Shown here: positions 1 through 12,187 of the stretch, piece by piece | Numbering within the stretch: the first letter of the stretch is position 1 | How the letters are laid out: every line of letters starts with the position of its first letter | Source: Octopus vulgaris | Taxonomy: Eukaryota | Direction: 5' to 3' | Length of the DNA stretch: 64,000 nt | NCBI GenBank assembly: GCA_951406725.2 | Contig: OX597822.1 | Location: 100,192,001 to 100,256,000, forward strand | Translations under genes and position numbers: made by a program | Notes under the pieces: model-generated | The model's input: only the letters and a program-made list of their open reading frames with translations | Told to the model about the DNA's origin: nothing | Databases searched by the model: none

Positions 1-306
1 TGTCGAGTCCGGTCTGGGGTTTAATTTTGGTTCTTGTTTATTACCTTTTTCACTTTCGTGTTTATGGTCTTGAGCCTTGCTCGTTATTTCTTCTGTGGTG
101 GCCAAGAACTCTTGTACAATGATAATTAGGAGGAAGCTAAGAAACCATTACGGATAATTACAAATAATTACTATAAAATGTTAATAAAGTTTTTTTCATA
201 GTTTAATTAAATTAATTAGGTAAATTTTCGGATTAAACCCGTACGATTTTCACTAAGAAAAAAACAAACAAAACTCGATTTTTTGCGTGGAATCAAGTAC
301 CCTGAC

Positions 307-1273
307 CTCCTAATATGCTGCAAATCCCTTATTTTGGTTAGGAAAAGGGCTGGAGGACGAATGCCCCTCCCCCGGATTCATTGGAATTTTTCTTTTTCGT
401 TGAATAAATTCCTGTGACATCCTACTTATGCTACAAAACTCTTTTTGGGGTCCGAAAAACGGAGTGGGGTGAGGTGGAAGCCTCGGAAATTTCACCCACC
501 CCTATTGATCTTTTCAGGGTTAGGGTGTTAGGACTCGTGTTTTAGGGTTAGGGAAATTCGGGCAAGACTTCTTTTGTACCAACCCGCCAAACACTCCTTT
601 AAAAAATTTTTTTTTTTCTACACAAACCCTCGTTTTCGCCTACGGAGAATACGAATCTGCGAAAATCGGCATTTGGAAATTACCCATCCTCACCCGCCTA
701 AATTCTTCATCTTTAACATTTTTCAGAATTTTTTTTTTTTTTTTTTTTTTTTCAAAATATACGGAAAAATACGGAGATTATGATTCTGAAATAAATTTCT
801 AAAAATTTTTCTACTTAGGGTTAGGGTTTAGGGTTACGGAAAAAAGTGAAAAATGAAGACATTGGGAGAGGGTGTAAGTGGTGGTGGTGGTGGTGGGTAA
901 CAAATTTCAAAATTCAAATTTTTGGCAATTTTCCTGAATCTCTGTATCCGAAAACATGGGTATTTGGCAAAAATTTTTTAAAAAAACAATAATTTGTGAG
1001 AAAATGGTGTGGGAGAGGAGGAAGTCTTTCTGAAATCTGTCCCAGAGTCATTGGAAATTTTTTTTCCTTAGTGAAAAGATCAATGGGGGTAGGTGAAATT
1101 TCCAAGGCTTCCACCTCACCCCACTCCATTTTTCGGACCCCAAAAAGGGTGTGTAGTATATTAAGATGCCATAGGAATTCATTTAACGAAAAAGAAAAAA
1201 ATTCCAATTTCTGGGAGGGGGAGACTCCCCAAATTTTCCGAACCAAAATAAGTGATCTGCAGCATATTAGGAG
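307..1273. mobile_element. Foldback/MITE-like element with long imperfect terminal inverted repeats and internal TTAGGG repeats
   Basis: ctcctaatatgctgca (307) is the reverse complement of tgcagcatattaggag (ends 1273). Symmetry is clear over ~307-516 vs ~1072-1273 and continues more weakly inward. TTAGGG-like repeats at ~516-553 and ~815-835. No clear TSD. Confidence 0.7.
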
Positions 1274-2049
1274 CTATTAGATTTTTTGTTGAAAACATTG
1301 AGAGTTATTTAATTAACGTCTTTCCTTTTATAAATATGAAATCAGAGAAGCAATAATCTCGACCTCTTTGTGTCGAGGATGAGGTCTTCGTAAACTTCTT
1401 CATACTAGATTCTTGCATCACAGTGTGTCTGTTAAAAACAGTTGTTCTCCAAGATGGATGTCATAATTGTCGCCATATTCTAGAATAGCACATGGCTTAG
1501 GAGCAAAACATTAAAAAAAGGTTTACTCAAAATCATAGAAAATATTGTTAGTAACTTAATAAAATAGCACAGTTCTAATGAATGTTAAATTCGTGCATAA
1601 TAACAATAATCTTTGCATTTGGTATAAAAGCGTGTTTTTGTCGGAGAGGCTCCAGCTGTAAGAATCAATTGAACATATTGTTGATATTTATTTAATGACA
1701 CCAGAAGACAGAATCAAACCCTCTGGATATAAAACTCTGAATCTAAAGAGATAAATCTAAATATATACACACATGCATGAATACAAGAGTTTAATGATTT
1801 ATTTTGATGCTTTTAAGTATAGTTACAGCTGATACAGCTTTGCCAACCTCTGGAGAACCTAAATGCTACTGTAAGAGAAGAAAATATCACTGGCTCTGTG
1901 CAAAGCATTCAGATACCTAGGCTGCACTGGAAATCACATACAGTATGAACAGAGCTGGTGCTTCATTTGGCGGGCTACAGGAGAGGCTGTGGAAAAATAG
2001 GCATCTTTCCATACTGGTCAAAAGGTACACCAGATTATGGTGCTTTCTT

Positions 2050-2418
2050 CCCTGCTGTATGGGAAATGACAGGTCGCTCTTGAGTGCTACTGGTAACATG
2101 TAATCCAGTACAACCTGTCGCATGGTCAGGTCGTTGGCGACTAAACTGGCAACCCCACTAGGTTGGTGAGGAGGATGTTGTTGGACACCCTGCGGGGTGA
2201 AAAATAAGACCTGTCAAAGGGCAGATGAACTCCTGAACAGTCAACGGCATCCAACTAAGTGTCAGTAAATATGCATATACCTTTTTTTATATGTGTATAT
2301 GTATATTTTTATTCTCTCTCTCTCTCTTTTATATTTTTTAATTGCATATCTTTTACTTTTCTGTATACAATATTATTTATATGTAATTCTTATTCACACA
2401 TCACACCTTTTTTATTTG

Positions 2419-2462
<44 letters not shown>

Positions 2463-3594
2463 GTATGTATATTTTTACTTTTATATATATATATACTTAG
2501 AGCCTGAATCCTGAAAACATGGATTATGGGGCTCTGCTGTTGCAAGTCCCCAATGGTGAAGCAGTTCCTAGTGAAGGCGGATGAGGGTGATGCCATGTAA
2601 GCTGGCTATAAAGACGGACGACAAACTGGAGTTTCAGCAGCTAGCCGCAGGAAGCCTGCGAACAGGACCAGACAGGCTGGTTCCAAAGGCGGAGCATAGG
2701 ATCTTATCCACCAACTCTGGCAGAAGACAAGGGTCAATTGTCTCGAGACTCCTCTTGCCACTGAATCCCACCTCGCCTTCTGTCAAGAGCGTAAAGCTGA
2801 GAACTGTGCATCCTCTCCTGCACTTGAAACTTTTCACTGCAAAAGCTTTGCATTTCATCCTTCATTCTGTTTCATCCTCTCTGCAAGTCCTGCAGTGATG
2901 GGATCATCTGGTGACGGGGGCAGACTAGGATGTAGTTGGAAGCCTCCAGTTAGAGTCCTGCAAGAAGGCAGCATAAGTAAGATGGTCATTGTTGGATGGA
3001 CCCATGGATGAACATCCACCTCAGTCCTGCATGTGCATCCAGGCAACCCTTTTCAGAGATAGCACTGCCTGCTCCACATAGGGGATGGCCTAGAAAATGT
3101 GGCTCAGAAAAAGCTCATCCTCACATGCTCAACTGGGTAACCACTCCCAGTGAGTCATCACCAAACATGCAGTCAAAACCAAGTATCAAAATTGAAAAAG
3201 AAACAGAAACCTTTGAACCTCATCCTTGCATGTTGGAATGTTTGCACCCACCTTGATGACGTTTCACATGAGCTGGACACTCGATGACCCCCATGACGCA
3301 CTGCTATTTTAGCCACCGAACTCAAGCGCTACAACATCAACATTGCAGCACTCAGTGAGACTCATTTCTCCCATGAGGGTTCCCTCACTGAAGAAGCTGG
3401 TGGACACACCTTCTTCTGGAAAGGACATCCCTCTGGGATGCCCTGTTTGAATGGGGTTGGTTTTACACTCAAGAACAGCCTATTGCAGAAAATTCCTGGA
3501 GTACCCTCCTGTATCATTGAGTGCCTGATAACAATCAAAATCCCACTTTCAAACAAATGTTTCCTGACAATTTTCAGCATTTATGGACCAACTC
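2050..3594 (+). mobile_element. RTE (BovB-like) LINE 5' portion: putative 5' UTR plus degenerate N-terminal AP-endonuclease
   Basis: LACWNV near 3225. Manual translation of 3297-3594: RTAILATELKRYNINIAALSETHFSHEGSLTEEAGGHTFFWKG...NGVGFTLKN...FLTIFSIYGPT, typical RTE APE motifs. The GC-richer upstream region is interrupted by an AT/(TA)n block at ~2260-2500; 5' boundary uncertain. Confidence 0.75.
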
Positions 3595-3979
3595 AGTTCA
3601 CTCTGTAAAGGGGTTGGTGTTAGGAAGGCCATACAGCTGTAGAAACTGTACCAATTCAAATTATTCACACCCATATATATGTACCCTGTCTCTGCCACAC
3701 ACATTTGTGATTATCAGCATTTTAGCAGATTTAGTGGATCAGTATTGTTTACTTGTACACGTCCTATGACAATTTGGTCAAACTAACTTCAGTAGGAAGG
3801 CAGAAAAAAAAATCAATAGGTGATTGTCATTGAAAAAAGGACATTCTTTCATGTGGTGTGTAATTTGTTAAGGTGCTAAGTAAAGATCTCTGAGAATTAA
3901 GAGCACCAGCTAGAACCGTTTCCCATTCTGATTTTAGTAGTTTCTTGCTAAGTAGAACTAAGTGTACAGACTTTCAAAG

Positions 3980-4330
3980 GCATCAATGATAGGGAATGGT
4001 CTTAAGAAAGTAGACATTTTCTTTGCTCATAAACAGAGATCTTTGACCAGAATGGATCAAAACTAGCACATCATAGAGACAAAAGACATCCTTAAGAGAT
4101 TTTATGACAATATCAGTTTTGAAATTCTTTGTGAGATATATATCTTGTGTATTCATCAAACATTGCCTTGTAGTGAATCTTGCAAGCATGAAGTGGATTC
4201 GATCCACCATCGCCAAATTTAAATTAACACTGCAACAGAGCTTTTCCCACGATGGAACAATGGTTTTTCTCTGACAGCAGTTTTACATTTTCCAGCTGCC
4301 TTTACGTAGGCCAAAATAATGTTTTCACCA
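3980..4330 (-). mobile_element. Degenerate LTR-retrotransposon (Gypsy-like) integrase fragment
   Basis: Minus-strand pieces RIHF, DEYTRY (shifted frame), KTDIVIKSLKDVFCLY and IHSGQRSLFMSKE resemble the rve core (RIHxD...DxYSRF...IHSDxGxxFxSxE). Frameshifted. Confidence 0.4.
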
Positions 4331-4986
4331 CTTGACCCTTTCTAACCTCTTCCACTTCGCCAAAAGCTAGAATAGAGATAACAAGACCACCAACTAAATC
4401 TATTGTTCTCAATGATATATCTATCCTTCTGGATAGTTTTTTGAGCAAGCATACCCCAATCAAAAAGCAGTTAGTCACAGTTGGTGACGACTCAACAAGG
4501 TCTGGCTGACCAACATTGGTCAGAGGGAGAAATGAAGTTTACTGTCAGCAACTGTGAGACAATGTCCCACACCCAGTAACTCCCACTAGCTCTAATTCTG
4601 TTCTCTTACAACATCATTCTATCACTATCTGTGGATTACTACTAACTATTCGTATACGCCAAACTATGGAAAGAAACATTCTACTGCATCTAACTTTCTT
4701 TTCGCATGCTTTTGGATTTAACATAACCTGCCCGTCGAGGCAAAGTATTTGTAATGTAATGGTAAATTAACATTTCCTTAAAACTTCATGCATTGTTCAT
4801 CTTTCACATCTAACAACAAAAATAATTATCGTTACAACTACTGATTTTGACATCATCATATTGTTTACGAATCAATTTCTCCCGTTACAGCCTGAATATA
4901 TTATTAGTTGATTAATAGATTAATATTTTGTACAAATAAAATGCAAACTCATTTCTTCAAATGGTTGGTGTAACTTTGCCTGGATA

Positions 4987-5389
4987 TCTTTATATATAAA
5001 AGTAAGGTTGTGTGCTGTCTGTCTCCTACGATTTAGATTCCTACCTACTCCCACATTTTGTGGTGCAGTTTAACCAAAACCAAGTATCTTATAGTCGTGA
5101 TTCATATCGAGCCCTTCTGGGTATTAGCGCGCGTCTACGATGAGTCTACGATTTAAAAAAAAATTTACCATCATTTTTTTCCATTTTAATACATTTTTTT
5201 CGCTATTATATAAGGGAAGTAACTCTCTAAAAATGTCTACGATGAGTCAACGATTTAAAAAAAAAATTTACCATAATTTCTTTTTCATTTTTAATGCATT
5301 TTTTTGCTATTTTTTGGCTATAACTCTCTAAAAATGCTTATATAGTTATTTCCCTTACAAACCCGAGCAACACCGGGCGATACTGCTAG
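4987..5389 (+). mobile_element. Non-autonomous Helitron
   Basis: A|TC 5' end; 3' hairpin cccgagcaacaccggg followed by ...CTAG|T; no TSD. Near-identical copy at 53143-53534. Confidence 0.85.
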
Positions 5390-5857
5390 TGTCTTTATAA
5401 AAATTGCAATTTCAGTATAAAGCAGTGTTTACAAGAAAGACTGGTTTGCTGCATGTCATTCATTCAGAAGGGGTAGTGTATGATCTGTCACTCACCAGAG
5501 TGACAAAGAAGTGATGAAGAGTTTATAGCAGGGGACTGGATCTATGGGATCATTTGGAGGGAGATTATCTTTACTTGAATGAAATTAAGCCTTACGTTAC
5601 CAAATTTCTGCTGAAGTATATACTGCCTTTATTTCAATTAATTTTGAAAATAATAAAGAATTTAGTAAAATATAACTATGTCTTTATTCAGCTAGTATTT
5701 GGAACATAAATAAACATTGTATTTTGAGTGGAGCTTTTAATTTAGATCACTTTACAATAGGAAGATTGTATCACAAAACCAAGGGTGATCTGAAGTGGAT
5801 TAGAATTGAGATTCTAATCCACTTGAGATCAAAGGTTAAATCACATATGTAAATATA

Positions 5858-6495
5858 TCAAAATCAAATTCAATGACTGGCATCCGTGCTAGTGGAGTGC
5901 TAAGAGTACCATACAAGCACCCACTACACTCTCGGAGGCGGAGGCACAATGGCCCAGTGGTTAGGGCAGCGGACTCGCGGTCATGGGATCGTGGTTTCGA
6001 TTCCCAGACCGGGCGTTGTGAGTGTTTATTGAGCGAAAACACCTAAAGCTCCACGAGGCTCCGGCAGGGGATGGCGGTGATCCTTGCTGTACTCTTTCAC
6101 CACAACTTTCTCTCACTCTTGCTTCCTGTTTCTGTTGTACCTGTATTTCAAAGGGCCGGCCTTGTCACCCTCTGTGTCATGCTGAATATCCCCGAGAACT
6201 ACGTTAAGGGTACACGTGTCTGTGGAGTGCTCAGCCACGTACACGTTAATTTCACAAGCAGGCTGTTCCGTTGATCGGATCAACCGGAACCCTCGTCGTC
6301 GTAACCGACGGAGTGCTTCCATCCACACTCTCGGAGTGATTGGCGTTAGGAAGGGCATCCAGCTGTAGAAACTCTGCCAGATCAGATTGGAGTCTGGTGC
6401 AGCCATCTGGTTCGCCAGACCTCAGTCAAAATCGTCCAACCCATGCCAGCATGGAAAGTGGACGTTAAATGATGATGATGATGATGATGATGATG
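5858..6495 (+). mobile_element. RTE 3'-end-derived repeat with (GAT)n tail, interrupted by a SINE
   Basis: Family motif gcacccactacactctcggag...ggcgttaggaagggcatccagctgtagaaac...cccatgccagcatggaaagtggacgttaaa(tga)n; the same sequence forms the 3' UTR of RTE copies at 45575-46630 and 47551-49047. Confidence 0.8.
5938..6324 (+). mobile_element. tRNA-derived SINE, full length with 12-bp TSD
   Basis: A box (tggcccagtggtta) and B box (ggtttcgattccc); flanked by direct repeat acactctcggag at 5926-5937 and 6325-6336. A 3' fragment of the same family lies at ~13305-13415. Confidence 0.85.
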
Positions 6496-7208
6496 AACTC
6501 TATGCTCTAGCAGACGATTTTATTGTTCATTATTGTTTTGCATCTAATTAAAGATTGAAACATATATGAAGCTACTTGTTGATCAGTTATTAGAGTAAAA
6601 TGATTTTCCCAATTAAAATTGCTTCTATACATGTATGCATTTGATAATGGCTGTTGCTTTCTTTTTGATAGCAGGACATTGTCTTTCATTTTTATTGAGT
6701 GATCATAAAACGAAAGCTATTGGTAATTCCTCTAGAGAGAGAGAGAGAGTAGCCTCTAAGGTTACATCAAATGTATCAATATCTACTACCAATAAATGGT
6801 TAAAATTACACTGTGCTGTACAAAATCAGCAATTATTTTCTTTAGCTTTTTTCAAAAGTTACATTTTCTTCACTGGTAAGGAAGATGTATTATGTAGAAG
6901 GCTGTACTATGTCAGAATGTCTTAGAATCCATTCCACATAATAAATGAATAATCCAGTAATTTAGACAAGCTTTTCAGAAGTTTTAAGTTTCTGTTACTG
7001 TTTTAATTTAGACAATCAAGAAAATGTGAAGTCTTTGAGAATCTGATGTCTCTAGAATACAATACTAGATTTTTTTGTACATATAATTTTTGATTCAAAG
7101 CAAGCTTGTTACTCTTAATACATAATAGAAGCTGCCATAGATTCTGGTCATGTTCTGTAATGTTTCTTCTGCAGATAACTATGCCATTCAGGTAATAATA
7201 GTCACTAC

Positions 7209-7876
7209 TTATCTTTTATCTTTTATTTGTTTCAGTCATTAGACTGTGGCCATGCTGTGCACTGCCTTGTAGAATTTTTTGTTGAATAAATAGACCCCAC
7301 CACTTATTTTTTGTTAAGCCTGGTCCTTATTCTATTGGTCGCTTTTACCAAGCCGTTAAGTTACAGGGACATAAACACACCAACTCCGGTTGTTAAGCAG
7401 GTGGGGAACAAACACAGACACAATGACACACACACACAGATCATCATCATCATCGCCATCATCACTATCATCATTTAATGTCCATCTTCCATGAATGCAT
7501 GGGTAGGATGGTTGACTGTGTCTGTTTTGGCAGGGTTTTTATGGCTGGATGCCCTTCCTAACCCCAATCACACTGCAGAGTGGACTCAGTGCTTTTTACG
7601 TGGTACTAACACAGGCGAGGTTAGTTTTGGCATGATTTTTACAGCAGGATGCCCTTCTAAATGCCAACCACTTTACTGTGTGGACTGAATGTTTGTTATG
7701 TGGCACCAGCATATATATATATGATGGGCTTCTTTCATTTTTTTATACCAAATTGACTTACAAGGCTTTGCTCATCCCAAAGCTATAGTAGAAGACACTT
7801 GGCCAAGGTGCCATACAGTGGGACTGAACCTGGAACCATGTGGTTGGGAAGCAAGCTTCTTAACCACACACCCACA
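7209..7876 (-). mobile_element. CORE-like tRNA SINE (family A) split by an RTE-tail repeat (~7440-7710)
   Basis: Tail ttatcttttatttgtttcagtcatt... and head ...ggccaaggtgccatacagtgggactgaacctggaaccatgtgg match the family A consensus on the minus strand; (CAT)n-led insert in the internal microsatellite. Confidence 0.75.
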
Positions 7877-8349
7877 TTGGTTACAAAATCAGTCGTCACA
7901 CTCTTCAAAGAACAGCAGTTACATTTGTCTGACCGAAAGGCAATTGAATGTGTTGAAATAATCTACCATCAATCTTTAATGCTGTGTAGAGTTGTTCTTG
8001 GGTTTGAAGAGGAATTTGATAGTAAGCCTTTTTCTTTATCTATCTTACTAAAAGTACTTAATATTACATACAGGAACATCATTAGCCTTGTGAAAAGGTT
8101 AATAGTTTGAGCATTGTCACTGATTGTGCATTTTTGTAACCATTCTTTGTAACAACAACTTGGGTTCACCAGGGTGAGGTTTAGGGTGTGATAGTATCTT
8201 TCTTGAGTAACTTTTCAGTTTATGATTTTATAAATGATTTAATCATTTGACATATTTTCTAAGGGGTGTAGTAATTGGCTTTACATTATTTATTCCTTGT
8301 AGGGAAGGAGGTTGGAAACGCATGATCTATGAATTGTTGCATATTTTGA

Positions 8350-8800
8350 GAGTTTGCTTTGTTCCAATAAATACAAAAGACACACTCTACAGATCCATTA
8401 AATCCTGATCAATGGATATTGGAAGACAAAGAGTTTGATATTCTTGTAGTTTGTCCAGATAAAAATCATGCAACACCCAAAAGTTTTCAACATTTGGAAT
8501 TGTCAGTTGGTATGATGGTTACAGCATCATTCATCAGGAGATTAAGGTACCATTAATGACCATCAAAGAAGCAGTATTAGTCAGGTTAGAAATGGAAATA
8601 ATCCAAGGAGCAGAAGTTGTCTCTTTCATTGGTTTGGGAAATTTAGCAAATTTGCATTCTCTTGCAGTGTAACCACACTTGTCAGATTTTTGTAAGAGAT
8701 TTTCTTTGAGTTTTAGAATTACTTCTACAGCAAAAGCAATATTTTACTTGTTACAAGCTCTGCCTATTTGTTTTTAACTTCCAATTTCTGAGAAGGTTGG
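8350..8800 (-). mobile_element. Possible highly degenerate LINE ORF1 (gag-like zinc knuckle) relic
   Basis: Minus-strand fragments such as DKCGYTARECK and a second KC..GCC-like cysteine cluster resemble decayed CCHC knuckles; many stops. Confidence 0.25.
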
Positions 8801-10549
8801 ATGGCATTGAATCTGCTAACATGTCTTCTAACAGAGTCAAATGCTTTAGTTTGATTGACCACTGAACCTAATTTGAGTTTATGATATGTGAAGCATTTCT
8901 GATGTCTGCTGGTGTAAACTCTGCAATAAAAGCAATGTGTGTGTTCCTCAACATTAAACTCTTTTGAAGATCTTGAACAAAATGACCAGTACCATCCTCT
9001 TCCACTTTATTCTCCACCAATCACCATTTTTCATGCCTCCAGTTATCTGTCCTTTTCTTCTGAGCTTTATCTTAGGACTGCCACACCTCCTCATCTTTAA
9101 CACCCTTTGATATTTAGCTGTTGACGGTCCCCCTCCTTCCTTTGTCCTCCATTCACTATAGTCACCCCTAAAGGGTTTTATTAGCAAGCGATCAAAGCTG
9201 GATGATGAATTTGACTGACTGAGAAACTTCTATTCTGCTATGTTTTTTGACACATGTAAATAGCCAATAAAGGTGTTTCTATGTGGTAACACAATCTGCT
9301 AGAAATAGCAGTCAAAACTCCCTTAAACTTAACCCTACAGTCTTAAAAAGAGGAGAATTTGGATAATGTTGTCTGTAACATTATCATCATCATCTTTTAA
9401 TGTTCATCTTTCATACTGACATTAGCTGGATGGTTTTGACAGGAATCCAGTGGTTTGGAGGACTGCTTTGTGGTGAATATTTGCTTTTGCATGGTTTGTA
9501 CAGCTGGCTGCCCTTTCTAACATCAACCACTTTACGATGTGTGCTGGGTGCTTTTATTGTGGTGTCAGCACTAATGAAGTCTCCTGTAGCTTGCAAGACT
9601 ATGATTTTCAACAGAATGAGAGTATATTAGAGAGAAAGGCAGCCTAGATGATGAAAGGTTGAAGTATGAAGGAAGGGTCAAGATTAGAACAGATTTCTTA
9701 CTGTAGAACCACATGACTGCTTACATTATACAAGATGGTAGTAATTTCTAAAAAAATAAAAAAAAAATGACTGGGGGTTATGATTTGAATGCCTTTTAGT
9801 TATAGGTTTACTCAGTCAAGTTTGACCTGGGGTTAAGCAACAACTGCAAAAATAATATTAATCGATATGTGATGTTTATGCCTTTCTCAAAGGTATTAGT
9901 TGAATAAGTGAAGTGTAACAAGCTTCATTTAATGGTTTAAATTGTCTCAATTTGCAAGAAATTTAAATCTTTCTCTATGACAGCATCACAGTTGGAATAA
10001 AAGAAAAGTATTGCACCAGTTTTTGGTTAAGATTATACAAATATGATATTGATCATGGAATTAGGAGATTAATGTGATGTGGATGCAAATTGTCAATCCC
10101 TGAATATATGTCTCAGACATAGATTAGAGATTCAAAGTCAATTTGAGATCACACAATAACAGATTAATGTTAAGACAGAGCATATTGTTATTGATTTGAC
10201 AGCAAGAATTTGTTTTTGTAATGTAGGAAGAAATTGAAAGAACAGACCTAGAACTTCAGAAATGTCGACATTTCTCCTCTTATAGTATGTAACTAACAAT
10301 TACATTGTGGAAGAGTTGTTTAGCTAATTAAGAGCATTCATAACCTGTGTATTTACATTTTGCTAGTTTCTTATAACAGTAATTACTTTATTTTTTTATA
10401 TGTATATGTTCTATCCTATTGCATTTGGTTTTGTCCCACTGTGTGAAACCGTATGACCTTGGGCTAGTATCTTCTATTGCTGCAGGCTAACTGATCCCTT
10501 GTGAGTGGAATTGGTGAGCAGGAGCTATGTAGAAGTCTATGAAATATAT

Positions 10550-11030
10550 ATGTGATCAGATCAATAAGTATCCGGACTGTTTCCATAGTAACGAAGCTAA
10601 AGCATGCAGAGTGAAGTTGCTTGACATAGATTGACCTTGAATTCTGCTCTGCATGTGCACTAAGTTTCGACATTCTAGCTCACTTCTGCTGTTTACAGCA
10701 GTGCTTGGAAGGAAGATGTGTAGCGTGTGATCATCGCATTGACCACGACAGAGAAAGTTGAGCAGAGAATCTGCATCAAATTTTGCCAAAAGCTCAGAGG
10801 CCTATACAGTTTTCATAAAGTTTTCATTCTTGACACAATCAAGGTGATCTTGTGCAACTGAAACCTGAGTGTCTTTTTGGTCAGCTGCAAGCAGTTTTGG
10901 CACAAACTTGGCAGACATGTGCCTCATACCAAAATCTTCAGTGATAATGGACTGAACTGAACCGTAACTAATCTGCACATCCTCTGATAACTCACAGATG
11001 GTGATTCGATGCCAAACAAGGACAGCTCTG
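10550..11030. mobile_element. Mariner relic with internal inversion
   Basis: + strand: TIR-like tgatcagatcaataagtatccggact, then TEKVEQRICIKFCQKL (~10748-10796). - strand 10802-11030: RITICELSEDVQISYGSVQSIITEDFGMRHMSAKFVPKLL (mariner HTH plus WVP-like linker). Confidence 0.75.
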
Positions 11031-11033
11031 GAA

Positions 11034-11510
11034 TCATCATCATCATCATCACCATCATTTAGTGTCCATAGTCCACGCTGACATGGGTTGGACGGTTTGA
11101 CCAGGACTGATAAGCTGAGGAGCCACACCAGACCCTAGTCTGATTTAGCATGGTTTTTATGGTTGGATGCCCTTCCCAACTCCAATCACTCAGAGAGTGT
11201 AATGGGTGCTTTTGCGTGCCACCGGCACGGTTGTCGGTTTGCATGACACCAATATCTGTCACGACTACAATTTCACTTGGCTTGATGGGTCTTCTCAAGC
11301 ACAGCATATTGCCAAAGGTCTTGGTCATTTGTCATTGCCTCTGTGAGGCCCAGCACTTGGAAGATGCTTTTTATGTGCCACTGGCACAAGTGCTAGTTAC
11401 ATGACACCATCATCAGGTCACATTGCCTCTGTAAGGCCCGATGTTTGAAATGTGCTTTTCATGTGCTACCGGCATGGGTGCCAGTTACGCAACACTGACA
11501 ACGACCACAA
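11034..11510 (-). mobile_element. RTE 3'-end-derived repeat
   Basis: (CAT)n tail on +, ggatgcccttcccaac motif, and ggtcttctcaagcacagcatattgccaaaggtc segment shared with the RTE 3' UTR. Confidence 0.7.
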
Positions 11511-11573
11511 CTATGAAATAAATTTTAGTCACATCTGATTGAAAATGCCTGTTCTCTGGATGCATCCACTTAA

Positions 11574-11794
11574 TCCTTTTGATACCAACCTGTCTGAAAC
11601 CGCCTCTGACTCTATAGTAAAAATGTCTTGTTTTCAAAAGTTCTGAATTAAAATCTTCCACCAAACCTTAATCACAATTTATGTTCCTAACACTAGCTGA
11701 ATGATAACTAAGTTATTTTACTAAATTCTTTGTTATATTTAAAATTAACTGAAAGAAACACAGAGCATCTCAACAGAAATATGGTAACAAAGGG
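11574..11794. mobile_element. piggyBac-like MITE family P1 (~220 bp)
   Basis: TTAA on both sides, (t/c)cctt...aaggg ends; same sequence as 24707-24926 and 25167-25386. Confidence 0.8.
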
Positions 11795-11977
11795 TTAAGC
11801 ATAGATTTTCAATGAATGTCTGTATGAAAGAGAATGTTGTTGTTTAGTCTACATGAACCCTAATTGCATAGACCTGTGATCAAAGACATCCCAAATGTAT
11901 GATCAAAATGTTTGGATCTTCAATGAATTTCTTTAGTCCATGCCAACCCTAACTGAACAGACCTGTGGTCCACTTAA

Positions 11978-12187
11978 CCCTTTAGCATTTAAACTGGCCA
12001 TATCCAGCCAAAAGTATTCTGCCTGTTATATGTTCAAACTTGCCAGATCTGGTCTCTCACACCAATCCTACAATATCGTTTTAAAAATTAACAGCTACCT
12101 CATCAAAATCTCATAGCTACAAGATAATTCAAAACAAAGTGGATAAAAAAGGATTAATTTTGGCAGAATAATGCGAACACTAAAGGG
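11978..12187. mobile_element. piggyBac-like MITE family P2
   Basis: ttaa|ccctttagcattt...cactaaaggg|ttta; homologous to 59195-59415, 22936-23108 and 38685-39469. Confidence 0.8.

Noticed and set aside
516-835. True telomere or chromosome end
   Set aside because: Only a few degenerate TTAGGG units, internal to a foldback element.
1307-1430. Minus-strand frame ...QRGRDYCFSDF... resembling CRESS-virus Rep motif I or a terminal exon
   Set aside because: The frame stops about 11 codons later with no motif II/III; too short to support.
2100-2600. HDV-like ribozyme at the RTE 5' end
   Set aside because: Expected for some RTE elements, but I could not assemble the nested double pseudoknot by eye; needs an RNArobo/Infernal search.
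5938-6015. tRNA gene
   Set aside because: The tRNA-like head continues into a SINE body with a TSD, and the cloverleaf is imperfect; the same applies to the heads at 31111, 36261 and 51543.
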